Shown: positions 16,185-25,164 of the stretch, in pieces | How the letters are laid out: every line of letters starts with the position of its first letter | Position numbering within the stretch: the first letter of the stretch is position 1 | Virus record (IMG/VR): IMGVR_UViG_3300013947_000027 | Coordinates: 38,033-102,032 of that record | Direction: 5' to 3' (one strand) | DNA from: a virus | Taxonomy: Duplodnaviria > Caudoviricetes | DNA: 64,000 nt | Position numbers and translations under genes: made by a program | The notes under the pieces: model-generated | Database searches by the model: none | Told to the model about the DNA's origin: nothing | What the model saw: only the letters and a program-made list of their open reading frames with translations

Positions 16185-16236
16185 TGATGTTCATCATGAG
16201 TGTGTTACTTTTATAGCGCACCCTTGATGCACATCA
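16185..16236. other. Putative attP site
   Basis: 52-bp imperfect inverted repeat (18/23 arm match) centred on TT at 16210-16211, 25 bp after the integrase stop. Confidence 0.7.
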
Positions 16237-16260
16237 TGGGGTTAATAGGAGGAAATATAA

Positions 16261-16512
16261 ATGAGAATTGTATGGAAAGATAGTTCGCCTCACACTAAAC
16301 CTTGGATAACCCTACAGTACAGAGACCATGTTGTGAGCCAATACGGAAAAGGATGGATAACGAATGTACCAGGAGATGACAACATTTACTTTCCTAGAGA
16401 ATGCGCTCTAAACGCAATCGACGAAATGCTAGGCGGCAAGACTCGTAAAGCTAATTCAAAGAGACATGAGCTTGGAATAAAAATAATTGGGAGAAAGGAC
16501 GATGCGTCATGA
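16261..16512 (+). CDS. Hypothetical protein, paralogue of the next gene
   Basis: MRIVWKDS...DDNIY..CALNAIDE. Confidence 0.8.
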   Translation: MRIVWKDSSPHTKPWITLQYRDHVVSQYGKGWITNVPGDDNIYFPRECALNAIDEMLGGKTRKANSKRHELGIKIIGRKDDAS

Positions 16513-16766
16513 GAATAATTTGGAGAGATAGTTGCACACCTAGAGAATATGAACCAATCAAATACAGAAATATTTACATTTTTGGATCTCCTGACGGTTG
16601 GGAAGTAAATATAAAAGAAGATGATAATCTATATAAAAATCATTATTGCGCTAAAAATGCTATAGATGAATATTATGGAGATTTCGGTGAGCATGGTGAT
16701 AAAAAGCGTAAGTCATATGGAATCCAAATCATAGGAGCAAAAGATAGCACGAGGATGAGTTTATGA
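16509..16766 (+). CDS. Hypothetical protein, paralogue of the previous gene
   Basis: MRIIWRDS...DDNLY..CAKNAIDE. Confidence 0.8.
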   Translation: MRIIWRDSCTPREYEPIKYRNIYIFGSPDGWEVNIKEDDNLYKNHYCAKNAIDEYYGDFGEHGDKKRKSYGIQIIGAKDSTRMSL

Positions 16767-16867
16767 ATAAGAAACTAGAAAAGCAAATACAAGAATATTT
16801 GAAGCAAACGCAGTACTGCAAAACAAAGGAACGAATACTGAGACAAAAAGAAGAGGCCCTGTCGTAA
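16763..16867 (+). CDS. 34-aa basic peptide (MNKKLEKQIQEYLKQ...)
   Basis: ATGA overlap with the upstream stop; ends in the terminator. Confidence 0.45.
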   Translation: MNKKLEKQIQEYLKQTQYCKTKERILRQKEEALS

Positions 16868-16886
16868 TTGACAGAGCCTTTTCCTT
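16845..16886. terminator. Bidirectional terminator
   Basis: AAGAGGCCCTGTC...GACAGAGCCTTTT between convergent genes. Confidence 0.75.
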
Positions 16887-17053
16887 TACTTCTTCGAAAA
16901 CTTGGCCTCGATATTCTTCTTAGCTTTCTTTGCTGTCGTTACAACCGCATTGCGAGCTTCAGGCACGAGTGCGACTACCGTAACAATCGGCAGTACAATC
17001 TGCGTAAGCCATAAGCGAGCTTCCCGACTAGCTTCAATATGCTTATATATCAT
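16886..17053 (-). CDS. Small single-TM protein (cassette 12; MIYKHIEASREARLW...)
   Basis: AAGGAGG RBS directly after motif copy 12. Confidence 0.8.
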   Translation of the reverse strand: MIYKHIEASREARLWLTQIVLPIVTVVALVPEARNAVVTTAKKAKKNIEAKFSKK

Positions 17054-17067
17054 AACAATTCCTCCTT

Positions 17068-17095
17068 CCATTAAAGGAGGTGTTAAATTCGCGAA
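17068..17095 (-). promoter_or_regulatory. 28-bp motif, copy 12
   Basis: TTCGCGAATTTAACACCTCCTTTAATGG. Confidence 0.75.
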
Positions 17096-17530
17096 TTAGA
17101 GGAATGAGTTTTCATTCAAGCATTTGGTATATGTAGTTTCAACATTCTTGATCGCAAGTTTTGCAATATTGTTCTTGAAGTCCGGGTGCTTTGCACAATA
17201 CAGCTCGTAATCAGAAATATCAGTTATGATCTGATCGAAGTGCTCTTTGCTATGCCGTTGTTTATGAAGAATCTCATCGCTGAAACGCAAAATTCTGGTT
17301 CTGCAATCATTCATTGCTTTCTCGTCACAAGACTTCTGCAATGTTGTAAGACCTTCCTCGAGTTTTGTAACTTTTGTAGACAAATCTTCATTCATCATTT
17401 TCCCGATTTTCTTAAGAATAGATGACCAAGGATTCCATTTGATCGGGGAAATCTGGATAAGTGACAGCAGTACAATAAGGATACCACATCCTCCGCCTGC
17501 AATAGTGGTTACCATTTCGGACGCACTCAT
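17096..17530 (-). CDS. Holin-associated membrane protein
   Basis: N-terminal TM, IQISPIKWNPWS, coiled coil; next to the holin. Confidence 0.65.
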   Translation of the reverse strand: MSASEMVTTIAGGGCGILIVLLSLIQISPIKWNPWSSILKKIGKMMNEDLSTKVTKLEEGLTTLQKSCDEKAMNDCRTRILRFSDEILHKQRHSKEHFDQIITDISDYELYCAKHPDFKNNIAKLAIKNVETTYTKCLNENSFL

Positions 17531-17552
17531 TCAAGTCACCTCCGAAATATGA

Positions 17553-17825
17553 TTACTCTTCTGTATTGCTGCCCTCTACGAATCTCTTAAAGCCCTGGTG
17601 CAGACCTGTGGAAGCCAGACCCATAACGGCCCCGTAGACAAAAGATTCAATAGAGAGACCGCTAACAGCAAGATTCAGACCTGCGCCAACAACTGCCAGA
17701 ATGACAGGAATATCATTGTTAGGCAGCCACTTCATAAAACTCGCATGCTTGATAATGTAGCCCAAAATCAGGCATGCCACGATTACCACGAGAACAAAAT
17801 GTTCACTCAATACCGTAAAATCCAT
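17553..17825 (-). CDS. Holin
   Basis: 90 aa, three TM segments, GLASTGLHQ motif. Confidence 0.85.
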   Translation of the reverse strand: MDFTVLSEHFVLVVIVACLILGYIIKHASFMKWLPNNDIPVILAVVGAGLNLAVSGLSIESFVYGAVMGLASTGLHQGFKRFVEGSNTEE

Positions 17826-17859
17826 AATAAAATCCTCCTTCGATTAAATAAAATATATT

Positions 17860-18387
17860 TTAGTCATTGACTACTTCCACATAGATGCCGACAAGCTCAC
17901 TCAGTGCATTATAAACCGGATTAATGGTGTCACGGGTACACTTATAGAGAATCTCGGTTTCGCTATAGTACTTCCCGTTCTCCAACGCCATGTTGCCGTT
18001 GTATGGAATCGGGTCATACTTCGTACCTTCATGCTCTTCGTCAATGCGGGTGTAGAGGCTTTCCGTGCCGGTAGCACCAGGGACCCGTGTAGACTGAGAG
18101 GTATGGTTTTGCAGGACTTTGTAGAGACTACCAGCAGAGACAAACTTCTCACCAGCTTTATATTCGTGGTCGACTTCATACTCCGGATAAAATGCAATCA
18201 TCCGCAGCGCTGTCTGATCATCCACCGTCAGTGCATTGATCTGCTGTTTAATAAGCATTGCGCTCACTTCTCCAACTGTCAGTGGTCGACGCTTCTCTGC
18301 TGCCTCAATACGAAGCTTTGCTTCTTCCAGTTCCGCGATTTCTGATTCAGTCATGTCAACGTATTCGCCATTCATGTATTTTTTCAT
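17860..18387 (-). CDS. Tail-associated protein with a ChtBD/CBM5-12-like module
   Basis: YKAGEKF...LYKVLQNHTSQ; AAGGAG RBS before MKKYMNG. Confidence 0.6.
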   Translation of the reverse strand: MKKYMNGEYVDMTESEIAELEEAKLRIEAAEKRRPLTVGEVSAMLIKQQINALTVDDQTALRMIAFYPEYEVDHEYKAGEKFVSAGSLYKVLQNHTSQSTRVPGATGTESLYTRIDEEHEGTKYDPIPYNGNMALENGKYYSETEILYKCTRDTINPVYNALSELVGIYVEVVND

Positions 18388-18400
18388 ATTAATCTCCTTA

Positions 18401-19315
18401 TCATGTACGTACTCCATAAACAACAATCCTAATTCCTTCGACACTTGCAGACAGAGTTAGTTCGAATGTGTTGGACATAGCGCCTGCTTTGAGAGTGTTG
18501 TAGTTCACAAACATATTTGTGCTCGTAAATCCAAATATATTCGTATTATTGTAAGCATATGAGATGTCATAGAATTTTCCGTCGTGTAAACAGTACGTAT
18601 TTCTTACGAACGATTCTGCTAATTTCTCGCATATAAATGTGATACTACCAGTAGGATACGCACTACTTGTTTTGTTTAAAAAAGTTTGGTAGTAACATAA
18701 GTCTGCCATATTGTTACCTAAATTAAGATAGGCTTTCTGTACTATAACTTTTGATTCTATTTTAGTGCCACCTATAGTTATAAAAAACATATTATTGTCG
18801 CCTAAATCAAAGTCTACTGCGACATTACTGACCGCTTCCGTCAATTGGACCTCGTACAGTTTTGTTAAAGCAGAAGACCCTCCCCCTCCACTCGGAATGT
18901 TCACAGTAACATTTTCTGTGCCATCATAATATGCGTCGACAGCACCAGTAAAAGTAAGAGGCGCATTGTTAGGAGTCGCATAAAGCGAATCCACGTACTT
19001 CTTATTAGTTGCTTCATAGGGTCGGGTTGGTGTCTCGACATTGAAAATAGTGACTGGTTGATCTGCATTAGATCCATAGAGTGAAAGAACAGGTTTGTTA
19101 ATGCCGTCAGTCTCGGTAGACTCAGAATACATCAAAACGCCATCAATATTCCCAGTCTTGAGTTCTATTTGTTCTGTCAAAAGCGTTTTGCCAGGCATAT
19201 TAATATTACCAGTAACCGTGCCGCCAGTTTTGTCAAGTTTTTTGTTCATCTCAGCTGCCGCTGGGTTAAATTCGTCATAAGTTTTTCCACCTATAGTTAG
19301 ACTTTTCATTTCCAT
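18401..19315 (-). CDS. Tail fibre / receptor-binding protein
   Basis: Fibre motifs KLDKTGGTVTG, ATNKKYVD and LTFTGAVDAYYDG. Confidence 0.65.
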   Translation of the reverse strand: MEMKSLTIGGKTYDEFNPAAAEMNKKLDKTGGTVTGNINMPGKTLLTEQIELKTGNIDGVLMYSESTETDGINKPVLSLYGSNADQPVTIFNVETPTRPYEATNKKYVDSLYATPNNAPLTFTGAVDAYYDGTENVTVNIPSGGGGSSALTKLYEVQLTEAVSNVAVDFDLGDNNMFFITIGGTKIESKVIVQKAYLNLGNNMADLCYYQTFLNKTSSAYPTGSITFICEKLAESFVRNTYCLHDGKFYDISYAYNNTNIFGFTSTNMFVNYNTLKAGAMSNTFELTLSASVEGIRIVVYGVRT

Positions 19316-19441
19316 TTTGAACTATCACCTCTTAATCTTTAACTATAGTTGCCGGGAGAACAGCCGTACCTAGACTAGATATATAATTAGCATCGTTCCC
19401 TAACTCAGAAGTCTTAGTAGGAATGATGAAATTTTCAAAAA

Positions 19442-21547
19442 TTAATATGCAGTGTCGGTTCCGTCTGGAATATTTCGAATCTGGCTCCATTGGATAGTGA
19501 AACCTGCAGGTAAAGGACCAGATCCTTTTCCAGAGAGGTATAGAGCATCGTTTTGCAGTTCAGAAACTTTGGTAGGAACATCTGCGCTTGTAATATATCC
19601 AGAATCATTTGTTAATTGCGAGGTTTTAGTCGGGAGTTCTGTTTTCTTAGCATAGTTGCTAAGAACATCGGCAGTAAGTACTTCATTTGCTTTTACATAC
19701 CCAGCATCATTCTCAAGCTGGGAAACTTTAGTAGGAAGATCTGACTTCTTAGCGTAATCAGTCAAGGAAGGATCGGTAGAGGCACCAGAGCTGTCGGTTT
19801 CAAATGTGCAAACCCAGGCGCTCCATTCGTAAAGGCCAGATGTATCTAATCCTCGGATTCGCTCAAATACTTGAGTTCGAGCTGGAATAAATGTGTTAGT
19901 TATTGTCAGCCTCTGTTTTACTTCGTGAGAGCCACTTTTGAATACCTCAATGCAGAAGCCATTGCTAGCACTTGAACTAATTGGAAAGTTTGAGAAATTA
20001 GCTGGCACACCATTTCCATAATAGAAATTCGGAAGCACTACATCGTTAAGATCCGTACCACTCTCAATAAGAATAGGAGTAATACCACCGGTGAACTTGG
20101 TGCTCATACCAATGTCAAGCGTATCATCAAGCTCAGCAGCTTTGCCAATGCCAAGACCCTTTCCGTTTGCCTTCCAATGCATAATTGAATAGGCAGTCGC
20201 AACTTGGGCTATAGCAGTGGCCGTATTAAATCCATCATAGACAGTCAGTTTGATCTCATAAGAGGTTTCTGTGTCTGCCTGGAATGTCGCCTCGGCCTTA
20301 ATACTATCATCTGTAACAAGCGAGTTAGGGAAATACTTTTGGGCTTCGATTGAAAACAGCTCTGTCCATGCAGAGTTACCATGCTTTCTGTAATAGGCTT
20401 TGGTCATCGCAGGCTTACCATCGTCGTAACCATAATCAGTATTCCAGAAGCCGGACTCATACGCAGGATGCACTCGAATATAAGATCCGCGATCATTTGC
20501 CGTACCATCACTATCGCATCTCTCGCCGACAAGTTTAGTAATCTTGCACAACGGACATTTAAGAACACTAATAGTCTGAGTCACAGTTCCAGTTCGGCCA
20601 CGCTTGTCAACTACAGTAGCAGTAACTGTGACGTTGCCGTATGAAGTAGGAGCGCTCATAGTTACACTCTGACCACTATAGCTGGCATTACCCATTTTGA
20701 CTGTAGACGTTGCAATTGTAGAACCATATGCTCCAGTAAAGGCAACGTTCGCTTTTACCTTTGTAACATTCTGGATGTACACGGGATGCTGATTCCACCA
20801 CGTAGAATCGTAGTAGTTGGTAATCATAGGAACACTTTCAAGGATGATTCTGCAGCTAGGGGCAACAGTATCAGGAATAGAGTAAAATACTGTCTTAGTC
20901 GAGTTTCCAATATTCGTGTCACCAGAATATGTAGTGATAGCGAAAGTCAGAGAAACTACTGTACCTGTAGTATTCTCACTAGCCAATGTCAGTGGAGGAG
21001 TCCAACTAATACTTGTTGAAGAAGACTTCGTAACCACGGTTCCGGTCGTTAATCCGCAAGTATACGTGATTGTATGCGTAAAGCTACTGCTCTGTCTTGT
21101 AACGGTCAATGTCTGTGCTTTTCCAAGTATGCCATCGCTTGCACTAAGAGTAGAGATACGAGGAATTCTATCAAGCTGGAATGTACCAGACCCAGTCTTA
21201 TTAGGTGTCCAGTCATAAATTCCCGCGGTCACAGATACAGAAAACGACTTGTTGCCATCCGAATTATGCGCAATAGTCAAACTACCGCTGCCGACAACAG
21301 TTCCGTTATAAAGCTTAACTTCAGAACTATCTCCTTGCGAGTTAAGCACAGTAACACCATTGATAACTACTGTGAAGTTTCTAGCATAACAATATGAGAA
21401 AGAAGCCGAACCAGCACCTTTCAGTGTCCAAGAAATTGTCGTAGTGTTATTAGCAATACTCTGAGAAACCTGTGACCAGGAGAGGACTAAATGGCGTCCA
21501 CTATAACCGGTCGTACTTACACTTCCACTAGAAGCCATATTAGCCAC
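19442..21547 (-). CDS. DUF859-like minor tail / host-specificity protein B
   Basis: SQSIANNTT, RCDSDGT, GKGLGIGKAAE; C-terminal PTKxSxLxND repeats. Confidence 0.7.
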   Translation of the reverse strand: MANMASSGSVSTTGYSGRHLVLSWSQVSQSIANNTTTISWTLKGAGSASFSYCYARNFTVVINGVTVLNSQGDSSEVKLYNGTVVGSGSLTIAHNSDGNKSFSVSVTAGIYDWTPNKTGSGTFQLDRIPRISTLSASDGILGKAQTLTVTRQSSSFTHTITYTCGLTTGTVVTKSSSTSISWTPPLTLASENTTGTVVSLTFAITTYSGDTNIGNSTKTVFYSIPDTVAPSCRIILESVPMITNYYDSTWWNQHPVYIQNVTKVKANVAFTGAYGSTIATSTVKMGNASYSGQSVTMSAPTSYGNVTVTATVVDKRGRTGTVTQTISVLKCPLCKITKLVGERCDSDGTANDRGSYIRVHPAYESGFWNTDYGYDDGKPAMTKAYYRKHGNSAWTELFSIEAQKYFPNSLVTDDSIKAEATFQADTETSYEIKLTVYDGFNTATAIAQVATAYSIMHWKANGKGLGIGKAAELDDTLDIGMSTKFTGGITPILIESGTDLNDVVLPNFYYGNGVPANFSNFPISSSASNGFCIEVFKSGSHEVKQRLTITNTFIPARTQVFERIRGLDTSGLYEWSAWVCTFETDSSGASTDPSLTDYAKKSDLPTKVSQLENDAGYVKANEVLTADVLSNYAKKTELPTKTSQLTNDSGYITSADVPTKVSELQNDALYLSGKGSGPLPAGFTIQWSQIRNIPDGTDTAY

Positions 21548-23216
21548 CCACCTTTACAAATGATAGCGATCCATCCGAGTTCGGAAGGAAAGCAAAATTA
21601 CCAAACTGAGCTCTCTCGTTCACGTCGACAACGATATTGCCAGTATGGAAATTGTTGCCATCCCAAGATCCAAATGTGACATCATCTTTAGTGAAGAGAA
21701 TCTGGTCATTGTCAAGAATAAGCTTAATTGAGCTATCAGAAGAGCCAATTGTAATCGCATTTTCACCAGAAAACGTGATGTACTTATAAAGTTCATTAAA
21801 CTTCGTCTGCATATCACCATCAACATCAGTTACTTGCTGACTAACGGTGCTGAACGTCATCGTGATACGGTCTGCAAGAAGCTCCAACTGAGAACTAACA
21901 GTCTGCTTAAACTCGTCATACTCTCCAGATTCAACATAAGTCTTAAGAGCGCTAAGAATAATAGACTTGCAATCCGAGATGATCTCAGTTTTCTGAGTTG
22001 TCATCGATTCACGGATATCAGAAATAGCATTCTCAGTATCTTCAGGAGAAGGAGTAAAGTCCGTTTCCTGATTTCCTTTTTCTATTTTGAGGTACGAGAA
22101 GTTAATTGTAATTCCCTTCTCATTTGCATCCATGCTGCTCATGGCAATCTTAACTGCTACAAGATTGTTAGTCTTTTCGCTAATGTTCATCGTGCAACTA
22201 TGACGTTTGCCGTCGATACTACGCTCGTTTTCAGTTGTGAGAATCGTTCCAACCGCATTGTCAGCACCAACATTATAAGCGCTCACAACGTACGCACCAG
22301 TACGAGAAGACAACGACGCGTCATAAGCTGAACTGACAGATACAGTCAAGTCATTAGCATCACCGGAATCGACAATAAAATATTTGTAAGTGACGTCGCC
22401 AGTAGTTTCGGTCTCGCCGCTCGAACTAGCAATAGCAACTGTGACGTTTCCGTTACCATCATCAGTGATCCCCATGCCAGTAGAATCTACAACTGTAACA
22501 TTGCCACTACCGTCATCAGTAATAGCGCCTTCATTTCGGTTAATAATCGCAATATTACCCTTACCGTCATCTGTGTAACTAACTTCATTGCCAGATGTGG
22601 AAAGAGTAAAGTCATATTCGCTCACAAGGTTACGTCCACCAATGTCCACGCTGTCAAGAGTACTACTGACAGAATAAGACGTGGATGTAGTATCATCGGT
22701 GTAAGTAATAACAGTGCGAGTCCAGAGATACGGTTTCTCGGAGGTTGTTTCGGGGATAGATTTCGTCCACGTTCCTTCGGGAGGCGTAGTTCCAGACTCG
22801 CCAATCTGATAAGTAATTTCTGCAGTTTTTATACCTTTGCCATCCGCTCCATCACTACCTTGGATCGCCACAGAGAATGTGAACTTTTTAGTGATTGTTA
22901 TCTCGTCAACCACAATGTGAATAGTCGCTTGAGTCGTCTCTGTGATTGTGTCATTAGTTGTAAAAGTGATAACAGGAGAAGATGTGCCATTATTATTTAT
23001 GATTGCAGAAATGCCGCTCGGGCATTGAACAGCTACAACTCTGACTTCTTCACACTGCTGAGAGCCACAGTAAGCTGTTACTTGAGTCGTACAAGTTAGG
23101 CCAGAGGGTGCACCCGTCGAATCGCCAACAAAGGTGTACCCTTCACTGGACAAAAGTGCAGAATAGGCATCGGTAACATCTACAATCGTAATCTGACCAG
23201 ATGCTTTAATGCCCAT
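21540..23216 (-). CDS. Minor tail / fibre protein B
   Basis: YLWTRT repeat, IGGRNL, ITDDGxGNV repeats, C-terminal FGNFAFLPNSDGSLSF. Confidence 0.7.
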   Translation of the reverse strand: MGIKASGQITIVDVTDAYSALLSSEGYTFVGDSTGAPSGLTCTTQVTAYCGSQQCEEVRVVAVQCPSGISAIINNNGTSSPVITFTTNDTITETTQATIHIVVDEITITKKFTFSVAIQGSDGADGKGIKTAEITYQIGESGTTPPEGTWTKSIPETTSEKPYLWTRTVITYTDDTTSTSYSVSSTLDSVDIGGRNLVSEYDFTLSTSGNEVSYTDDGKGNIAIINRNEGAITDDGSGNVTVVDSTGMGITDDGNGNVTVAIASSSGETETTGDVTYKYFIVDSGDANDLTVSVSSAYDASLSSRTGAYVVSAYNVGADNAVGTILTTENERSIDGKRHSCTMNISEKTNNLVAVKIAMSSMDANEKGITINFSYLKIEKGNQETDFTPSPEDTENAISDIRESMTTQKTEIISDCKSIILSALKTYVESGEYDEFKQTVSSQLELLADRITMTFSTVSQQVTDVDGDMQTKFNELYKYITFSGENAITIGSSDSSIKLILDNDQILFTKDDVTFGSWDGNNFHTGNIVVDVNERAQFGNFAFLPNSDGSLSFVKVGG

Positions 23217-23290
23217 TAATGTTGTAAACCTCTCTTGCCTTCAAAATTGTGTTATGCCACATATATTAAATCACTCTCCTTTTATCATTT

Positions 23291-25159
23291 TTAAACTCCT
23301 ATGACATATCTGAGAACAAAGCGATTATTGGTGTATTTGATACCAGTAGTACCAGTTCCGGTAAGAGCATTATTCGCATGGCCAGTAAGTTTATCATCAC
23401 TGATATACAAGTATTTAGTACCTGCGTAGCCAAAATTGCTAGTGAACAAAACAAATGAATGCCCTTTTCCGGGGTGAGTAGTTACTAGTTTCTTAGAGAT
23501 GAAAAACGAAATAAATGACTGGTTCTTGGCCTCACTGTCGTAATACTCTGAAAATACTAAGCATATTCCACTCGGTTGTATACTTACTTTTTCAGAAAAC
23601 GTTGCAGTTTGGTTAGCATTCATATACCAAGCCCCAGACCAAAGAATGGTACCTGGCATATCGTATACGCATTTCCAATCGCCCCATGCCGACGTGTAAT
23701 AGAACCTTTCCCAAACTCTAGCTTTATTTTTGTCGCAAACTGTTGCGGTTTGTTTTGTCTGTCCGTTAGGTCCTGCTCCTTCAACTCTAAGAGTAAATGA
23801 CCCACTAGTGAAAGGAGCATTAGTATACGCGTTATCTGTTATATTTCTTCCACTGTAGACGTTTGGGGTTAGGATTGTATTCAGGTCCGTGCCTGCTGCT
23901 AATATAAGCTGAAGTATTCCACCAGTGAACTTAGCTTGGTAACCAAACTCTGCAAGGTTAGCCGTTTCAGCCGTCTTGCCGAATGCAACACCAGTACCAC
24001 CAGATTTAAAATCAATAGGAAATTTAGTGGTGCCAAGAGTTTTTGTTACTGTTGTAGTGCCATTTTTGGTATCAGTCACTTTAATCGTGTACGCATAAGA
24101 CTTATCTTGACTGATCGATCCACCAACGATTTTGGATGCCGAACCACTATTTCCAGATGCAGTGACAGTAACTGTTGAAGATCCTTGGGTTATTGTAATA
24201 GTCTTTACAGGATTGGTCCCTGTTATCTGACAACAAGACCAATCAAAAGTGATTTTACAATAAGATCCGGTCTCTAAAGCAGTTCCATTTTGATCGCAAC
24301 GAGCTAATTTTATGTTAGTGATTGTCGGCTTAGTGTACGCCAACTCCCAAACAGCATACAAAGCAATAGCCGCATTGGCTGTATAGTTTGCGCCGGCTAC
24401 ATAAGCAACAGTTCCAGTAGCAGTCTTGGACCAACCTTTAAAATTGTAATTTGTTCTGGTTGGTTTAGTTGTAGATAGTTTCAGGGTAACTCCGTATTTC
24501 TTTGTCTGCTGACCAGGAGCTCCAGAGCCTCCATTTGCATTGTAGGTAACCTTATAAGTCACTGCTGCCCACACAGCATATAGAGTAACTGCTGCATTTG
24601 CTGTATAGCTCGCTCCTGAACCATATGTAACAGAGCCACTTGCGGATGTTGCCCAACCTTTGAAGGTATAGCCAGTTCTAGTCGGCTTAGTACTAGACAA
24701 AGTTATGTTCGTGCCATGCCACTTTGTCTGTTGAGATGGTGCGCCAGAACCTCCATTTGCGTTGTACGTGATCTTGTATGACGTCTTTGCCGCAACGGAT
24801 ATAGACCCACTAGCGCTTTTAGTTCCGCCATAAACATTCTTCCAAGTGAAGTTCATGACAAAAGTCAAAGCTAGCGCAATACTTTTTGTTGAGGTTCCTT
24901 TGTTTATTGTAACAGTGCCAGTTGCAATGTTTTGAGTGGTCTTCCCACCTATTGCGAAAGTGCCTGTCTTTACGGTGTTACCATCTATTTTGACCGTATA
25001 ATCCTTATTTAAGCTTGAGTTAACGGTGTAGCCATGAGTGACCCATTTCAAGGTCCAAGAAAGAGTTGAGGTGGTCGCTGTACTGCTACTCTCTGTCACG
25101 ATTAGTTGTGCTTGTGGACAAGTTGAACTACCAAACTGAGGAGTGCTAATTGTAGCCAC
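23291..25159 (-). CDS. DUF859-like minor tail protein A with two InlB B-repeats
   Basis: Two YNANGGSGAP...PTRTxYxFKGW repeats; RCDQNGT; GTGVAFGKTAE; GTG start after AAGGAG. Confidence 0.7.
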   Translation of the reverse strand: MATISTPQFGSSTCPQAQLIVTESSSTATTSTLSWTLKWVTHGYTVNSSLNKDYTVKIDGNTVKTGTFAIGGKTTQNIATGTVTINKGTSTKSIALALTFVMNFTWKNVYGGTKSASGSISVAAKTSYKITYNANGGSGAPSQQTKWHGTNITLSSTKPTRTGYTFKGWATSASGSVTYGSGASYTANAAVTLYAVWAAVTYKVTYNANGGSGAPGQQTKKYGVTLKLSTTKPTRTNYNFKGWSKTATGTVAYVAGANYTANAAIALYAVWELAYTKPTITNIKLARCDQNGTALETGSYCKITFDWSCCQITGTNPVKTITITQGSSTVTVTASGNSGSASKIVGGSISQDKSYAYTIKVTDTKNGTTTVTKTLGTTKFPIDFKSGGTGVAFGKTAETANLAEFGYQAKFTGGILQLILAAGTDLNTILTPNVYSGRNITDNAYTNAPFTSGSFTLRVEGAGPNGQTKQTATVCDKNKARVWERFYYTSAWGDWKCVYDMPGTILWSGAWYMNANQTATFSEKVSIQPSGICLVFSEYYDSEAKNQSFISFFISKKLVTTHPGKGHSFVLFTSNFGYAGTKYLYISDDKLTGHANNALTGTGTTGIKYTNNRFVLRYVIGV

Positions 25160-25164
25160 CGACC

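Noticed and set aside
7921-17095. 28-bp repeats as a CRISPR array or integron attC sites
   Set aside because: Spacing is irregular (about 180-2600 bp), the intervals are genes with RBS and terminators, there are no cas or tyrosine integron-integrase genes, and the motif is not an attC-like palindrome.
23206-23262. 18-aa mini-ORF (MWHNTILK...) after an AAAGGAG in the gap between the tail modules
   Set aside because: Too short and featureless to support; the RBS may be a relic.
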